From contig OZ024743.1 in the NCBI GenBank assembly GCA_964016885.1, positions 228,656,001 through 228,720,000 of the forward strand: a stretch of DNA of 64,000 nucleotides, written 5' to 3'. Source of the DNA: Eledone cirrhosa. Lineage: Eukaryota. The notes under the pieces were generated by a model that had not been told where the DNA came from, made no database searches, and was given only the letters and a program-made list of their open reading frames with translations. Position numbers and translations under genes: made by a program. Position 1 is the stretch's first letter, and each line of letters starts with the position of its first letter. Of the stretch, positions 13,348 through 26,766 are shown in pieces.

Positions 13348-14120
13348 TTAGTGGTGGTGGTGTTGGCAACAGTAGTGGAATTGTTGATATTGGTGGTAGT
13401 GTTGTTGTAGTTGGTGATTGTGGTGGAGGAGGTGGTATTGGTGGTAGTGTTGTTGTTGTTGTAGTTGGCAATTAGGGTTGGGGTGGGGTGGCAACAATAG
13501 TAGAAGTGGTTGTGCTGTTGTTGTTGTTGTTGTGCATTGTGATGGTGGTAGCAGCAATGGTGGTAGTAGAATTGTTATTGCTGTAGTTGGTAGTGGTGTT
13601 GATGGCAACAGTAGTGAAATTGGTGGTATTGTTGTTGTTGGTAGTGTTCATAGTGATGATGATGGTGTAGTTTGTGGTGGTGATGGCAATGGTAGTGAAA
13701 GAGGTGGTGCTTGTAGTTGGTGATGGTGGTGGTGGTGATGGCACTGGTATTGTTATTGTTCTTGGTGATGGTGGTGGTGATGGTATTGGTGGTAGTGTTG
13801 TTGTTCTTGGTGATGGTGGTTGTGATGGTGGTTGGTGGTGGTGGCTTTGGTGGTAGTGTTGTTGTTGTTCTTGGTGATGGTGGTGGGGAGGGTATTGGTG
13901 GTAGTGTTGTTGTTCTTGGTGATGGTAGTTGTGATGGTGGCTTTGGTGGTAGTGTTGTTGTTGTTCTTGGTGATGGTGGTGGGGAGGGTATTGGTGGTAG
14001 TGTTGTTGTTCTTGGTGATGGTAGTTGTGATGGTGGGTGGTGATGGTGGCTTTGGTGGTAGTGTTGTTATTGTTGTTCTTGGTGATGGTAGTAGAGGTGG
14101 TGGCTGGTGATGTTGGTGGA
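13348..14120. repeat. (TGG/TGT/TAG/TGA) trinucleotide tract with a 96-bp higher-order unit
   Basis: gctttggtggtag recurs at 13844, 13940 and 14049. Confidence 0.9.
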
Positions 14121-14478
14121 GGGGTGAGGGGTTTGGGAAGAAAAGGAAGTAGCATATGCCAATATTGAAAGAATGAAGAAAGAGGCGGAAAGAAATCAAA
14201 ATTTGGCAGTGTGTATTGATACATCTAATGCAGATCATCTTCTAAATTTATACACAATATCTCAACATGCACCACCACCACCATGACCAACACAAACGCG
14301 TCACACTCTTCATCTCATACACACACACACGCACAACACACACACACACACACATTATATATATATATATGTATATATATGTGTATATATATATATATAT
14401 ATATACACTACCTGATGTATTGAGCATTTTCTTCCTCTTTCCTCATCATAAAACAATATATCGAGTATGTGTATGCAC

Positions 14479-14523
<45 letters not shown>

Positions 14524-15195
14524 AACTAAAAATCCATAATCATCAAACATAATTAATTAGGACTTGATAGTGTGTACCATGCTTTTGCTAAGGGTTTTGT
14601 GTGATCATGTAGTCACAGGTAGACACAAACATCCTTTCAACCCTCTCCCGTCCTTTGATACAATGGAACATCCAACATGTGACAGTTGGAAAGAAAGTGA
14701 GCTGTACTAGCTCTGTAAGGGTAATTTATTTATTGACCTTGAAAAGAAGGACACCAAAACAGACTTCAGCCTGATTTGAACTCAAAAATGTGTGTGCTTG
14801 TGTGTGCCCCCAAAATCAATCTATTGAGTGAGACCTGTCTAGGAGGAAGGACAGTAACTCCAATTTACTATGCCAGCATAGTAAAGTGGACAGATGATGA
14901 TTGTAGTGGTGGGGTTGATGATGTTGTTGGTGGTGATGTGGTGATGATGATGGTGGTGGTGGTGATAGAATGATAACTAAAAGAGTCTGAAAAAGTAGTT
15001 TACTTTGGTTTGCACTGATGGGATCATATTTTCAGTAATTATCCTGAAAGTAAATTATTTCAAATTGATAATCAATACAAAATGCAGGGTTTGGATTCAA
15101 TAACAATGCATGGTATATTGGGCAAGTGTTGGGTTTTTTAATGCCTTGTGAGTGAAATTTGGTAGATGGAAACTGCAGAAGCCTGTTGTACATAC

Positions 15196-15248
<53 letters not shown>

Positions 15249-15854
15249 CATATGTCTATGTGTGCATCCTTGCCCATGTTTATGCCTATCTGTGTCTTTG
15301 TTTATTTCTCCTAACTTAACAGTTCAACAAATGGAGATCAATAAAATAAGTATCAGACTTGAATAAAAACGAGTATGATCAACTAAAACCCTAAGATAGT
15401 GCTCCAGCATGGCAACAGTCTAATGACTGATCACCCATCCACCCCTACCAAAAAAATAATATTTGATAAATAAAATAGTAAAATAAAATAGAAATTGACT
15501 TTCTGGTAAGTAAATAAGTGTCTCAAAAATGTTAGGTTTCCTAATGAAATTCACCAAAAGACATGATAAAATACCAGAATACTGGTATCAGGATATTGAG
15601 ATTACACTTGTGGAATGACTTCCATCAATCACAATGCTAATAGTTTTAAGAAAAGAAAGGTTTCCACATTAGGCACAAGGGAAGGGGAAGTCATTTAACT
15701 CATTAACTTTTTTTACTACATATATTTTCATATAATTTTTGGAAATAATCAAGAATTAGTGGGAGGAGAAAATCGATTAAATCAACTCCAATTGGGATTT
15801 GGAATCAAAATGTAAAGAGTCATAATTACATGGCCTTTATTTAAATAATAATAA

Positions 15855-16041
15855 TTGTTTCTACTTTTGGCACAAGGCCAGCAATTACCCAGTACATTAC
15901 TGGTACTTTATTTTATCGACCCCGTAAGGATGGAAGGCAAAGTTTACCTCCGTGGGATTTGAACCCAGTCCGTAAAGGGACGTAACAATGCTGCAAAGCA
16001 TGGTGTCTGACCCTCTACCGATACTGCCAATCCACCGCCCT
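15855..16041 (-). mobile_element. tRNA-derived SINE, second family; decayed relatives at about 8365-8580(+), 14720-14790(-), 17965-18090(+), 53900-54065(-)
   Basis: Head GGGCGGTGGATTGGCAG...GGGTTCAAATCCC; core ccttccatccttacggggtcgataaaataaagtacc recurs in the other copies; (TAA)n-type tail. Confidence 0.75.
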
Positions 16042-17263
16042 TTTTATTTAAATAATAATAATAATAATAATAATAATGATGATTTCATTTATTAGCCACA
16101 AGGGCTGACATATAGGGGACAATAATAATAATAATAATTAAAAGTAATAATATAGAGAGACATGAGGCAAATATTAATTCAAACATGAAAAGAAAGAGAA
16201 ATTAGTGAAATCTTAACTCTTTTGCTACCAACCAGGCCAAATGCTCATTCTGGTTTTATGGAACAAACCAACTCATATTGAAGGGTTTCTATTTAGATTA
16301 AAGTCTTATCTAAGAACCACGTGTTAAGCTACTATCTTAGTAATAAAATAATAAATTTAGTAAATCCCTCAGGATTCGTAATTAATTAACCGAAGTAGTA
16401 TGTATTTCATCAGAAATATAGGAGGGGTCATGAAAGGTAGAACTTTAGGGCTGAGGTAAGAAAAAAAAAAAGAAAAATCAGTAAAAGTGAAGTAAGTATA
16501 CAAAAAAATGTATGTTTAATAATAAACAAAAACATTGTATGAACAAGGTTTGGCATGGTGCCAAAATTATTTTCTTTACAAAATGAAAACTGTTAAGAAG
16601 TGTGGGGTGGGGAAAAAACTTTACACATACCATCATCTCCTTTACAACACCTCCCACCCCGCCTATCAACAGTTTGCTTATCTTCACAGAGTTGTTAACA
16701 TAAATCCGCACCCCCACTAACTTCCCCCCCCCCACCCCTCATGACTGTTGAACCTGTAATTAGCAGGTGATGACTATGGGTAAGGTGGGGAATGGGCGAG
16801 AGGGGCGAAGATACAGGTGGTGGTGTGTGAGCCTTACCAGTCCCTTCTCCCCATGTGTAGAATTAGAGATGGGAGAAGTTAGTTGAGAGAGAGAGAGAGA
16901 GAAAGGGTGAGGTGAGGTGGGGGCAAAGTGTCTCTAGCTGCAGTCAACATTTACTTTGTAAATATTGACTGTACAGCTTTCTGCTGTGATGGGGGAAGGA
17001 TACAAGTGTGTGTATGTGTGTGCCTTTGTGAGTGTGTATGTGTGTGCCTTTGTGAGTGTGTATGTGTGTGCCTTTGTGAGTGTGTATGTGTAGTGAGTAA
17101 ATGTGTAAGGATTGAGGGAATACATACACAAGGATTAATACCACCCTCTTCACCAGTCAGTCCTTATTGGTAGGATTTACTGAAATCAAAATCACCATCA
17201 TCATCATAACATCTAAGTTATAAGTTCTGATAGCCAGGACAGTGGAAGAGGAGTGTGTAAAGT

Positions 17264-17307
<44 letters not shown>

Positions 17308-18361
17308 GTGTGAGTGGAAGAGTAAAAGAGGTGAAGCTAGTAATGTTCTTTTATTTCTTTTAAAGTTAAACACTTTATTAACAATAAATTGCCAACCAGG
17401 AGGTAAACATTTCATCAGTCCCACCCACCAGCTGTTATCTGAGACAGTAAATAGCAGATAATTTGTTGCTTTCTTACCCCAGCCACACACATTATAGAAG
17501 GGGAGAAACTAAAAGAAAGCAAGCTGTGAAGACTATGCAGAATGTTAAAGAAAATATTTTATTTTCAATATCATAACAAAAAAAAAATGGTAAAAAGGCA
17601 GACTCTACACCCCTTGGCTTGTCCATATATGTCGGCTCCACCCCTTTGGATAAGATAGCAAAAGCATTGCCTCTGATAACAGTCAGTGATACCTGCTACA
17701 TTAGCCATTCTACCTAACAGGGGCTCCCTTCTCGGAAGTCAGACAGGCTGTTTTATAGCATTAAACACAGTTATGTGCAGTCTGAGTTCAAATCTCACCT
17801 CCTCCTGCCAGTAGTTATGACTGGCAGAGAGTATCAACAATGGGAATACAAATGGAGGCATAGTTTCCTTTGTCTGATCTGACAATCAGCTATTTTCCAC
17901 TTTAGAGATAAATGCTTCTTCAATACCAGACAAAATTCCATTTTGGTATTTGTTCTGGTTCTTTACTTTCAAAATTCAAATCCCAATGAGGTTAACTTTG
18001 GCATTGTTGACAAAATAAAGCACTTGTCAAGTACTGGGGTTTATTTAATAAATTTTTCCCTTATCCCAAATTTGCTCCACTGATGCCTAAATTATCAGTA
18101 TTTAGTTCTACACAAAATTTCAAAACAGTTTCATTGCATATCATCATCAGATGTTTTATTCCTGTATGTGTGAATGCGTGTGTGTGCATATATATATATC
18201 TTACTTTATTAACAAATACGGACCCCGTCTAAACACTTCTCCCTAAGACGAATCCACAACATACACACATCAACATACATACCTACATCAGCACACATCT
18301 CTACCCACATATAAACACAATGACATACGTAAACACACATGTTCTATGGTGCAACACAAAA

Positions 18362-18400
<39 letters not shown>

Positions 18401-18650
18401 ATATATGCATATATATATATATATATATAGTGAATATCATTTCACACCTTTTATTGTTAAGGTTTTTGATGTTCTATTGAGAGAATCGATTTTACTGAAA
18501 ATATCGAATAATGTACACCATTTTACCATGAAAAAAATACTGGTCCACCCACACACACACATTCTCACACACATATATACACACACACATACACACGCGT
18601 ACATTAACATACAAAGAGACTTATATACACACACACACACACACACACAC

Positions 18651-18881
18651 TTCTCCGTATAAGACAAGAGCTGAAAAATATCTTTTAACATGTCAAAATA
18701 TCGCCCACTCACGGACACATTCCTACTGACCATCCCTCTACCACGAATTACTCTGCTACACACACACACACACACTTCTCCGTATAAGACAAGAGCTGAA
18801 AAATATCTTTTAACATGTTAAAATATCCCCCACTCACAGACACATTCCTACTGACCATCCCTCTACCACGAATTACTCTGC

Positions 18882-18911
<30 letters not shown>
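18651..18911. repeat. Tandem duplication of about 125 bp bounded by (CA)n
   Basis: ttctccgtataagacaagagctg...ttactctgcta(CA)n occurs twice. Confidence 0.9.
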
Positions 18912-18915
<4 letters not shown>

Positions 18916-19440
18916 TCTTAATAGGTATTTGAACTGTCAACAGGCTGCGGTTCGCACACACATACCTGCTAACCATTATCACAACAACGAACACTTTACT
19001 ACTACTACACACACACATATATTTGTTGTGAAAGAGTCATTTCTCAGTCTTGGCGCAAAATCAATTTTTTACATTCACATGACCTCTACCGACCAATCAA
19101 AATTGTTTTGACCACAAGAAGTTTTGCAACACGAATTGGCGCAAAACTTATTTTAATACCGCTGGAGCCACTTTTTTTTACATAAAAACAGGTAGAATTC
19201 CCAAAACTAATCAGATCAGAGCAAACATCACGGACGCTCTATCTCAAAATTATTTTTGAAAAGCATTTAGAAATGCGCAACCGGTAAAACTTAAAACCAA
19301 AACTGAATACTAACCAATACAATTACTAATTCTCATTTATTCCTAATTAAACTATTTTTCACTGTGAACAATTTGTCAGCATTTTCTATTCCGTTTACCA
19401 ATATATAATAACTTGTGTGTTACACCTCTATTCTTTTAAC

Positions 19441-19479
<39 letters not shown>

Positions 19480-19633
19480 TAGGTTGAACAAGTTGGTCCT
19501 CATGGCCAATGAGACATATGTACCTGGTATGGAGCAATTGTAGTAACTGGCCTTAATAATTACATTCAAACTCACCCTATGGACTTTTGCTGTATACCTT
19601 GGATTTTTTACCTGCCTATTACTAACTACTATT

Positions 19634-19693
<60 letters not shown>

Positions 19694-21006
19694 GTATAGA
19701 TGGAAATATCAAGTTTTTCAAATCTTAAGAGGAGAAAAATAATCTAAAGAATTTTAATTTCATGATAATACTGTATCTACCAACTGCACAGTGGCTGTTT
19801 GGGGTATAAAATAAGATAGTCACAGCCTTTACTGTGTAATAACTGAGGCTTAAACTAAGAAATCCTTCATTGGCATAGACAGTGTGTAATCAAAGGCTGA
19901 AAGAGTTATTAGCTCATCAAACGGCATAACCGAGAAACAAATACAAAGATAAACCATTGAATGGATAATACAAATATTATTTAAAAGGTTTAATTAATTA
20001 TTAACATCCTGTAATGATTTAGAAAATATCTAAAACCAAGTTTTTTAATTCAAATGTGTATACTATCTTTACAAGTAGACAGATTATTGTGAACATTTTC
20101 AAGAATGTCTTATTTAAGTAACTTTGTGCAGTACAGGAGTTAGCATCTGCTGTTGAGCAGCTGTGAGAAACAGACAAGTAAATATGGTAATACACTGTAT
20201 ATATGTATATAAGTGTTATTATTCAGAAAAATAATATAATGTGTATAGCCACATTAAAATAGTAGAAGCAACATGTGATAGAAACTGGAGAAATTTTCCA
20301 AGATGAGGGAGGTGACATTTAGGTAGGCATCTCTCTAATGGGGATTATTTATTGGAAAGCTTCCGGATATAAACCTTGTGATTAATGGGCTCAGAATATC
20401 TTTAGATATATCTCACTGGAGGACCTTAAAGATTGGACTAATACAGGCTAAACATCTATCTCGCTATCTAAGGGTGATCTATCAATATGCTATGAACATT
20501 ACTGAGGCATGCATGAATGCACACACACACATGTGCACATACTCACACACAAACACCAATGCCTATACAAACATATATACAAGTGTGCTGTATATGTTAC
20601 ACATACACAGCTAAATGTATTAATGAACCTATCTGTAATGCAATCTCTGTAAATCACGGTGAAATACTTAAGACTCAAAACCTGCTGTAACATTAATGCA
20701 TTCATATGATTGGTCACCATCAACCTGCAAAGGATACGTGCAATTCAAAGTACAAGGCTCACCAATGCAGTTACAATAAGAATAAATACTGCATAAATAA
20801 ACAACTGCAACCAAATCAGAGGCAGATGAATGGACATTTCTGTAGTTTTATGATATGGTAAAAATGAAAGCAGAATCTTTTGGAAACAGATTTTCCTTGA
20901 ACTTCCCAGGTTTTCTCACAGCTCATCTGTGTTACATTATTTATACACATTAACACTACACATCCATACGAGAATGCTCAATTAATTTCTGAAAGTGGAA
21001 AACATA

Positions 21007-21115
21007 TACGAGGGTCAGCTGAAAAGTTCACAGGCTGACCAAGATACTCTCATGAAATATGATCAAAAGAGGTTTATTTTTCAATATAGTCCCTCTTGCT
21101 GTACACAGACTTCTA
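21007..21115 (+). mobile_element. Mariner-like terminal fragment
   Basis: TA-CGAGGGTCAGCTGAAAAGTTCACAGGCTGAC resembles a mariner TIR start. Confidence 0.6.
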
Positions 21116-23269
21116 TTTTTTCCTGTTTGGCATTAGAGAGCGCATCCATCTAATGAAACATGTCAAAGACGTGGTTACTTGTCATGGATATTAATAACCT
21201 ATCCAAAATGGACATAAAATGGTAAGGTTTCCCAAAATCAAAACTTGAATAGACACTTTGTAAAAAAAATTTGAAAAGAAATCAAAGACAATGAAGAGGA
21301 AGTTGGAGAAGATATGGAGAAAAGAAATTAATGGAAATGAGGGGCATCTGCACACAAAGCATTCTGCACAATCATCACAACAAAGAAAAAAAAGAGCCAT
21401 CAAGTATGGTATTAAATTTGGGAAAAATAACCTAGTGAAAGACTCTTCAGTTGTGTCAAGGATATGACCACCACTCAAGCACTGATGCCACAATATAATG
21501 GTTTCTTATATAGACACAAGGCCAGCAATTTTGGGGGAGGGGAATGTTGATTACATCGACCCCAGTGCTTGACATGCCACAATATAATGCACCAAATGCA
21601 TTCTGTGAAATGGGTGATGATAGGAAGAACATCAAGACAAATACCAAGTCCATCCATGAGATAACATTAACTCTGATTAGTTACTAACTTGGTATGTAAC
21701 AATTTGTCCAACTAAGACCAACAATGAATAGTGGACATTAAATGATGATGATGATGATGATGATGAAGGATGATAAATTAGGTGGGTAGTTTTAAGGACA
21801 AAGTCAACAGATAAAGAAAGAGTAAGAATCACTGATAAACATACACACACACCTATTTAAGTGTATCCTTACATTAACGAATATTTAGCCTTGATACACA
21901 TATGCATACAGTTATACATACATGCAGACACATAGACACATAAGTATCATACATGGCATAATAGCTAATATACATAGTTACATGTAATCCTAAATGAGGC
22001 ACATTAAAGAGAAGTTTATGTGTCTGTGTGAAGGTGCATGCCTATAGACATTATACATGTATGTATACATGTATAATGTATACATACACATATATATATA
22101 TTCACATATATATACATGCATGAGGTGTGCATATGTTTATGCACACGTGTGTTTTTATAACAGGCTAAGGAAAAAATTACATGTGATATTTATCAATTAT
22201 GTATATTAAAATTCCTATATATTTATATTTTCTAAGCAAAAAAAATGATGCTGATGATGATGATGGTAATAATAATAATAATAAATATATATATAAATAA
22301 ATAAATAAAAATTAAACAATAAAAGCTTGTTAAAAAGGAAAGATCTGTACAGTGTGTTTATATCTAGAAAGAAACTTCCCCAAGAATTAAACTTAAGTAA
22401 AAAAAAATAAATAAAACGAAGAAAAAAAAATATTGAGATGAACCAAATATAAAAAGGAGGAATAAAAAAAAATGATTGTCAAAGAAAATCAGAATAATAA
22501 AGAGGGAAAAAAAATGGAAAGGAGAGAGAGAGGAATGAAAATTGGTATTGAAGGGAAAAAATAAGATAAAATATATATGAAGCAGCCAGGAAAATTATAT
22601 CCATATACTGTACTTGTCAACGATTTTATATCTGCAACAAACCATAACTCTAAAATGAAGATAATGATAATGATTATAATGATGATAATAATTACGGTGG
22701 GGATGAAGGGATGAAATAGGAGGATGGTGACAAAATACCATAGAGATGTGAAGATGAATGAGAGTAGAAAGTTTTTAACAAGTGTTTGCCAAGGGCAGTG
22801 TGAGTCATTATTAAAGAGGGAACTGTTTAATGGATGGATCGATTCCAACAGTGACAACCAAAATGATGAGGGCAAAAGATCAGAAATGATCGGACTATAC
22901 TGATTATTATCCCACTCTAAATTAAAGAGTGTAACATCACTTAAATAATTTGCCAAATTAAATAATGATCATTGTAACAGTAATGTTAATAACATTAATT
23001 AGAGACCACATAGCATAGCATACATATTTACACACACACTAATGTATATATATGCATACATACACATATGCATACATACACATATATGTTCATGCACATG
23101 CGCACACATATGTATATATGTGTGTGTGGGTATATATATGTATGTGTGTGTGTGTATGTATGTATGTTTATACCTGCATACATACACAAATATGCATAAA
23201 TATATATTGGAAATACATTCATGTATTCATACTGTATACACACTGATTCAGCCCTTCCTACCCCACACA

Positions 23270-23300
<31 letters not shown>

Positions 23301-25429
23301 TATCCATACATATTATCACTGTGCCAAGCAATAGTAAACATGTTCTTCAAAGTAGATTTTTGTCAGATCATTTTTGATATTTACATCCAGGCCTATTTAG
23401 TAATGATTTTTAAGTGCATCAGTTAAATAATCCACACCATGGAAATATTTCCTTTACCAAGAATCCCACTTCCCCTCCCTGTCTTGTTACCTCTACCTAG
23501 CCCCACCACTTTGCTACCTCCTACCACTTGACTACCCTGCTACCTCTACCAACCACCTTCATTCCATAACCTAATCTAACATTTCTCCATTCAGAAAGTG
23601 TTGTTTTTTTTTTAGTTTCACTCTTCATCCCTTTTTTCATTCTGTTTTTATCTCTTGCTTCTCTAAAATATAGTAATCCCTCAACTTTCATTTTTCTCTT
23701 TCTCTCTTTCATCATATATATTCTTTCCTATCTCTATCTCTTATTCATCCCTTCTCTCTCTCCTTTCTCCATCTACCTCTATTTTTTTTTTATATTCCCA
23801 TTCATTACCTACCATCATATCTCTCATATTTTTCTCATCTCCCAACTCCCATCTTTTCTTTCCATATTTACTTATATCCCTCTGCATTTTCCCCCTCCTC
23901 CTCGAGCTGTCTTTCTCTTCTTTGATACTTCATTCTCTTCACACCTTATTTTCCTCAACACCTAACCCACTTATATAACACTTCTTAACTTCCTTTCTAC
24001 ACCCAAAATCATTCACATCTATCTTCCTCAGTTACATATATATTTCCTTTACTCCTTCTGATCAAATTTTCAGCAGCTTCTTAAACACAAACTTCTGTAA
24101 AATCCAATGATCCAACTCAATAATGCCAATTGCTCCTTCAAAAATCTCAAGTCTTAAGCAACTCTTCTTTAGACTTTGGAAACTCAGATTCTAATTTGGA
24201 GTCCCATATGAAATCAATGAAACATCGATCTACACTTATCACTGTATAGGTATGGGCATGTGTATGGCCATGTGCTTAACCCCTTCACTACTTTTGCTAC
24301 CAGCTTTCTCATTGCAGTGAGAAATAGGCAGCTTGTGTACAGATAAGATCTAATCCTTTTGATACAAGCCCACCTGAAACCAACCCTGGTTCTACATTAC
24401 AAAACTGTTTATTATAAAAATATATTATCATAGAAAAACCTTCCTTTATAAATTGTGTTCCAAGTATCAGGTTAATAATGAGAAAGTTATATAACTAAAT
24501 CTTTCCAAATTCTTAGATATTCTCTTAAAAATTATTTGAAAATCATAGGCAGTGTCTTTCATTGGAAATATATTGGGAAAGGACTTAAGAAGTTTGCTTC
24601 ACAACTATGTGTTTCTGGACTGATTCCCACTGCACAGCACATTGGGTAAGAATCTTTTTGCAATAGTCTCAATTTGGCACATGTATTGGGAATGAAACAG
24701 AGATGATGGAAACTGACCAGAAGTTCATTCATTGCACACCATCTCTTCTGGATCATTAATTTGTTACAAAACCATTACCAGCTGACTATTGGGGGGGGGG
24801 GGGCATATAGTATATTACATACTGCTAAAAGGATGTGGATATAGGTGCAGGTATGGCTCTGTGATTGAAGAGTTCACTTTGTAAAACTATAGTTTCAGAT
24901 TTGGTCACACTGTGTGGCACCTTGAGCAAGTGTTTTCTATTAAAGCCTTTAAATGGGTTTATGATGCTTGGATCTGTGTACAATGATCCCCTTCAGCATA
25001 ATAAAACATGAGAGCAAGTTTTGTAAAGAAAAAGGTAGATCATTCAATTGGAATTAATTTGAAACAGAGCAATTTACAGAGCAATTTACAGAGCAGATAC
25101 AGTGAAATAATGAAAAGTCCAAAATACAATGGAAACTCATCACAGAAAACTCTAATCAGTTGATTAATCAGAAGTATACATGGTTTTATTATATGTATAC
25201 GCTCACACACACACAGACACATATATATATATTTTTTTAATATATATTTTTATGTGTATTTGGTGTATACATTTGTATGCGTGTGGGTACAGGCGTTGCG
25301 TGGGTTCTGTATGTGCATGTATTTGTATACCTATGGTTCTGTATGTGCGTGCATTTGTATACCTATGGCGAGTGTTTTCGCGTATGCTTGTGTATGTACG
25401 TATATGGATGCGTGTATGTATTTATTTAA

Positions 25430-25927
25430 TTTCAATTACCTCTGTATTTTATTTACTTTATTCTTAACTCTGAAGCCGAGAATCATTCGGTTTTCTAGTT
25501 AGAATTTTAGTCTACGACTTCAGCTATACCATTTACGTGGTTTTGTCTTTGCGTGCAATTGTTCTCCACGCTCCACATATGACGTATTATCTTCGTTTTT
25601 TCCGTTCATTGCCAGAGAACGTCTCTATGAACCACCTAATAGAATATTAGACTACGACTTCTTTTATACCATAAACGTGGCTTTGTCTTTGAGTGTAATT
25701 GTTTTTCACCGCTCCAAATAATGACGTATTATATTCGTTTTATCCCGTTCTTTGCCAGGGAACGTTTCCACGAACCAAAGTATCATCTTCCTGTCTTCCT
25801 CCGGTTGCAACGTTTTTTGAAATATCCACTTCTGCGTTTACAGATTGATTTTGTTAGTTTCAGAAGATCCCGTTAAGGGTGAAAGCAGCGATTCTTTGCT
25901 TAACTTTAATCTGTTATTTTAATAAAT
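25430..25927 (+). mobile_element. Non-coding element with internal subrepeats of about 140 bp ending in a variant hammerhead + AATAAA
   Basis: Second copy at 38832-39233 (minus); 3' end agttt-CAGAAGA-tccc.gttaa.gggt-GAAA-gcag..ttgc-TT-aact..AATAAA(TA)n. Confidence 0.7.
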
Positions 25928-25944
25928 ATATATATATATATATA

Positions 25945-25994
<50 letters not shown>

Positions 25995-26016
25995 CATATA
26001 TATATATATATATATA

Positions 26017-26104
<88 letters not shown>

Positions 26105-26126
26105 CATATATATATATATATATATA

Positions 26127-26184
<58 letters not shown>

Positions 26185-26197
26185 CATATATATATAT

Positions 26198-26540
26198 GGA
26201 GGCACATGGCTTAGTGGTTAGAGCATTGGCCTTGCAATCGAAGGGTTGTGAGTTCAATTCTCAGACCGGGTGATGTGTTGTTTCCTTGAGCAAGACACTT
26301 TATTTCACATTGCTCCAGTTTACTCAGCTGTAGAAATGAGATGATAGGGACTGGGGTCCTTATCATTCCACTGCAAAGTGGTCGTGGAGGTGCCACGGCA
26401 AAAAAGCACCCAGCACTCACTGTAAATGAGGTTGGTGTTAGGAAGGGCATCCAGCTGTAGAAATCAAGCCAGAATCAGTTCCCGTCCCACCCTTGCAAGC
26501 AGGGAAAAGCGGACGTAAAAATGATGATGAAAATGAATGA
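26198..26540 (+). mobile_element. tRNA-derived SINE with RTE family B tail
   Basis: A box TGGCTTAGTGG, B box GTTCAATTC, 3' end GCAGGGAAAAGCGGACGTAAAAATGATGATG shared with LINE B. Confidence 0.9.
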
Positions 26541-26565
26541 TATATATAATACATATATATATATA

Positions 26566-26740
<175 letters not shown>

Positions 26741-26766
26741 CATATATATATATATATATATATATA

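Noticed and set aside
13348-14238. His/Gln/Thr/Pro-rich or Gly/Val-rich ORFs
   Set aside because: Trinucleotide low-complexity tract open in most frames; no splice or domain support
26198-26270. tRNA gene
   Set aside because: A/B boxes continue into a SINE body and LINE tail; no proper acceptor stem or terminator
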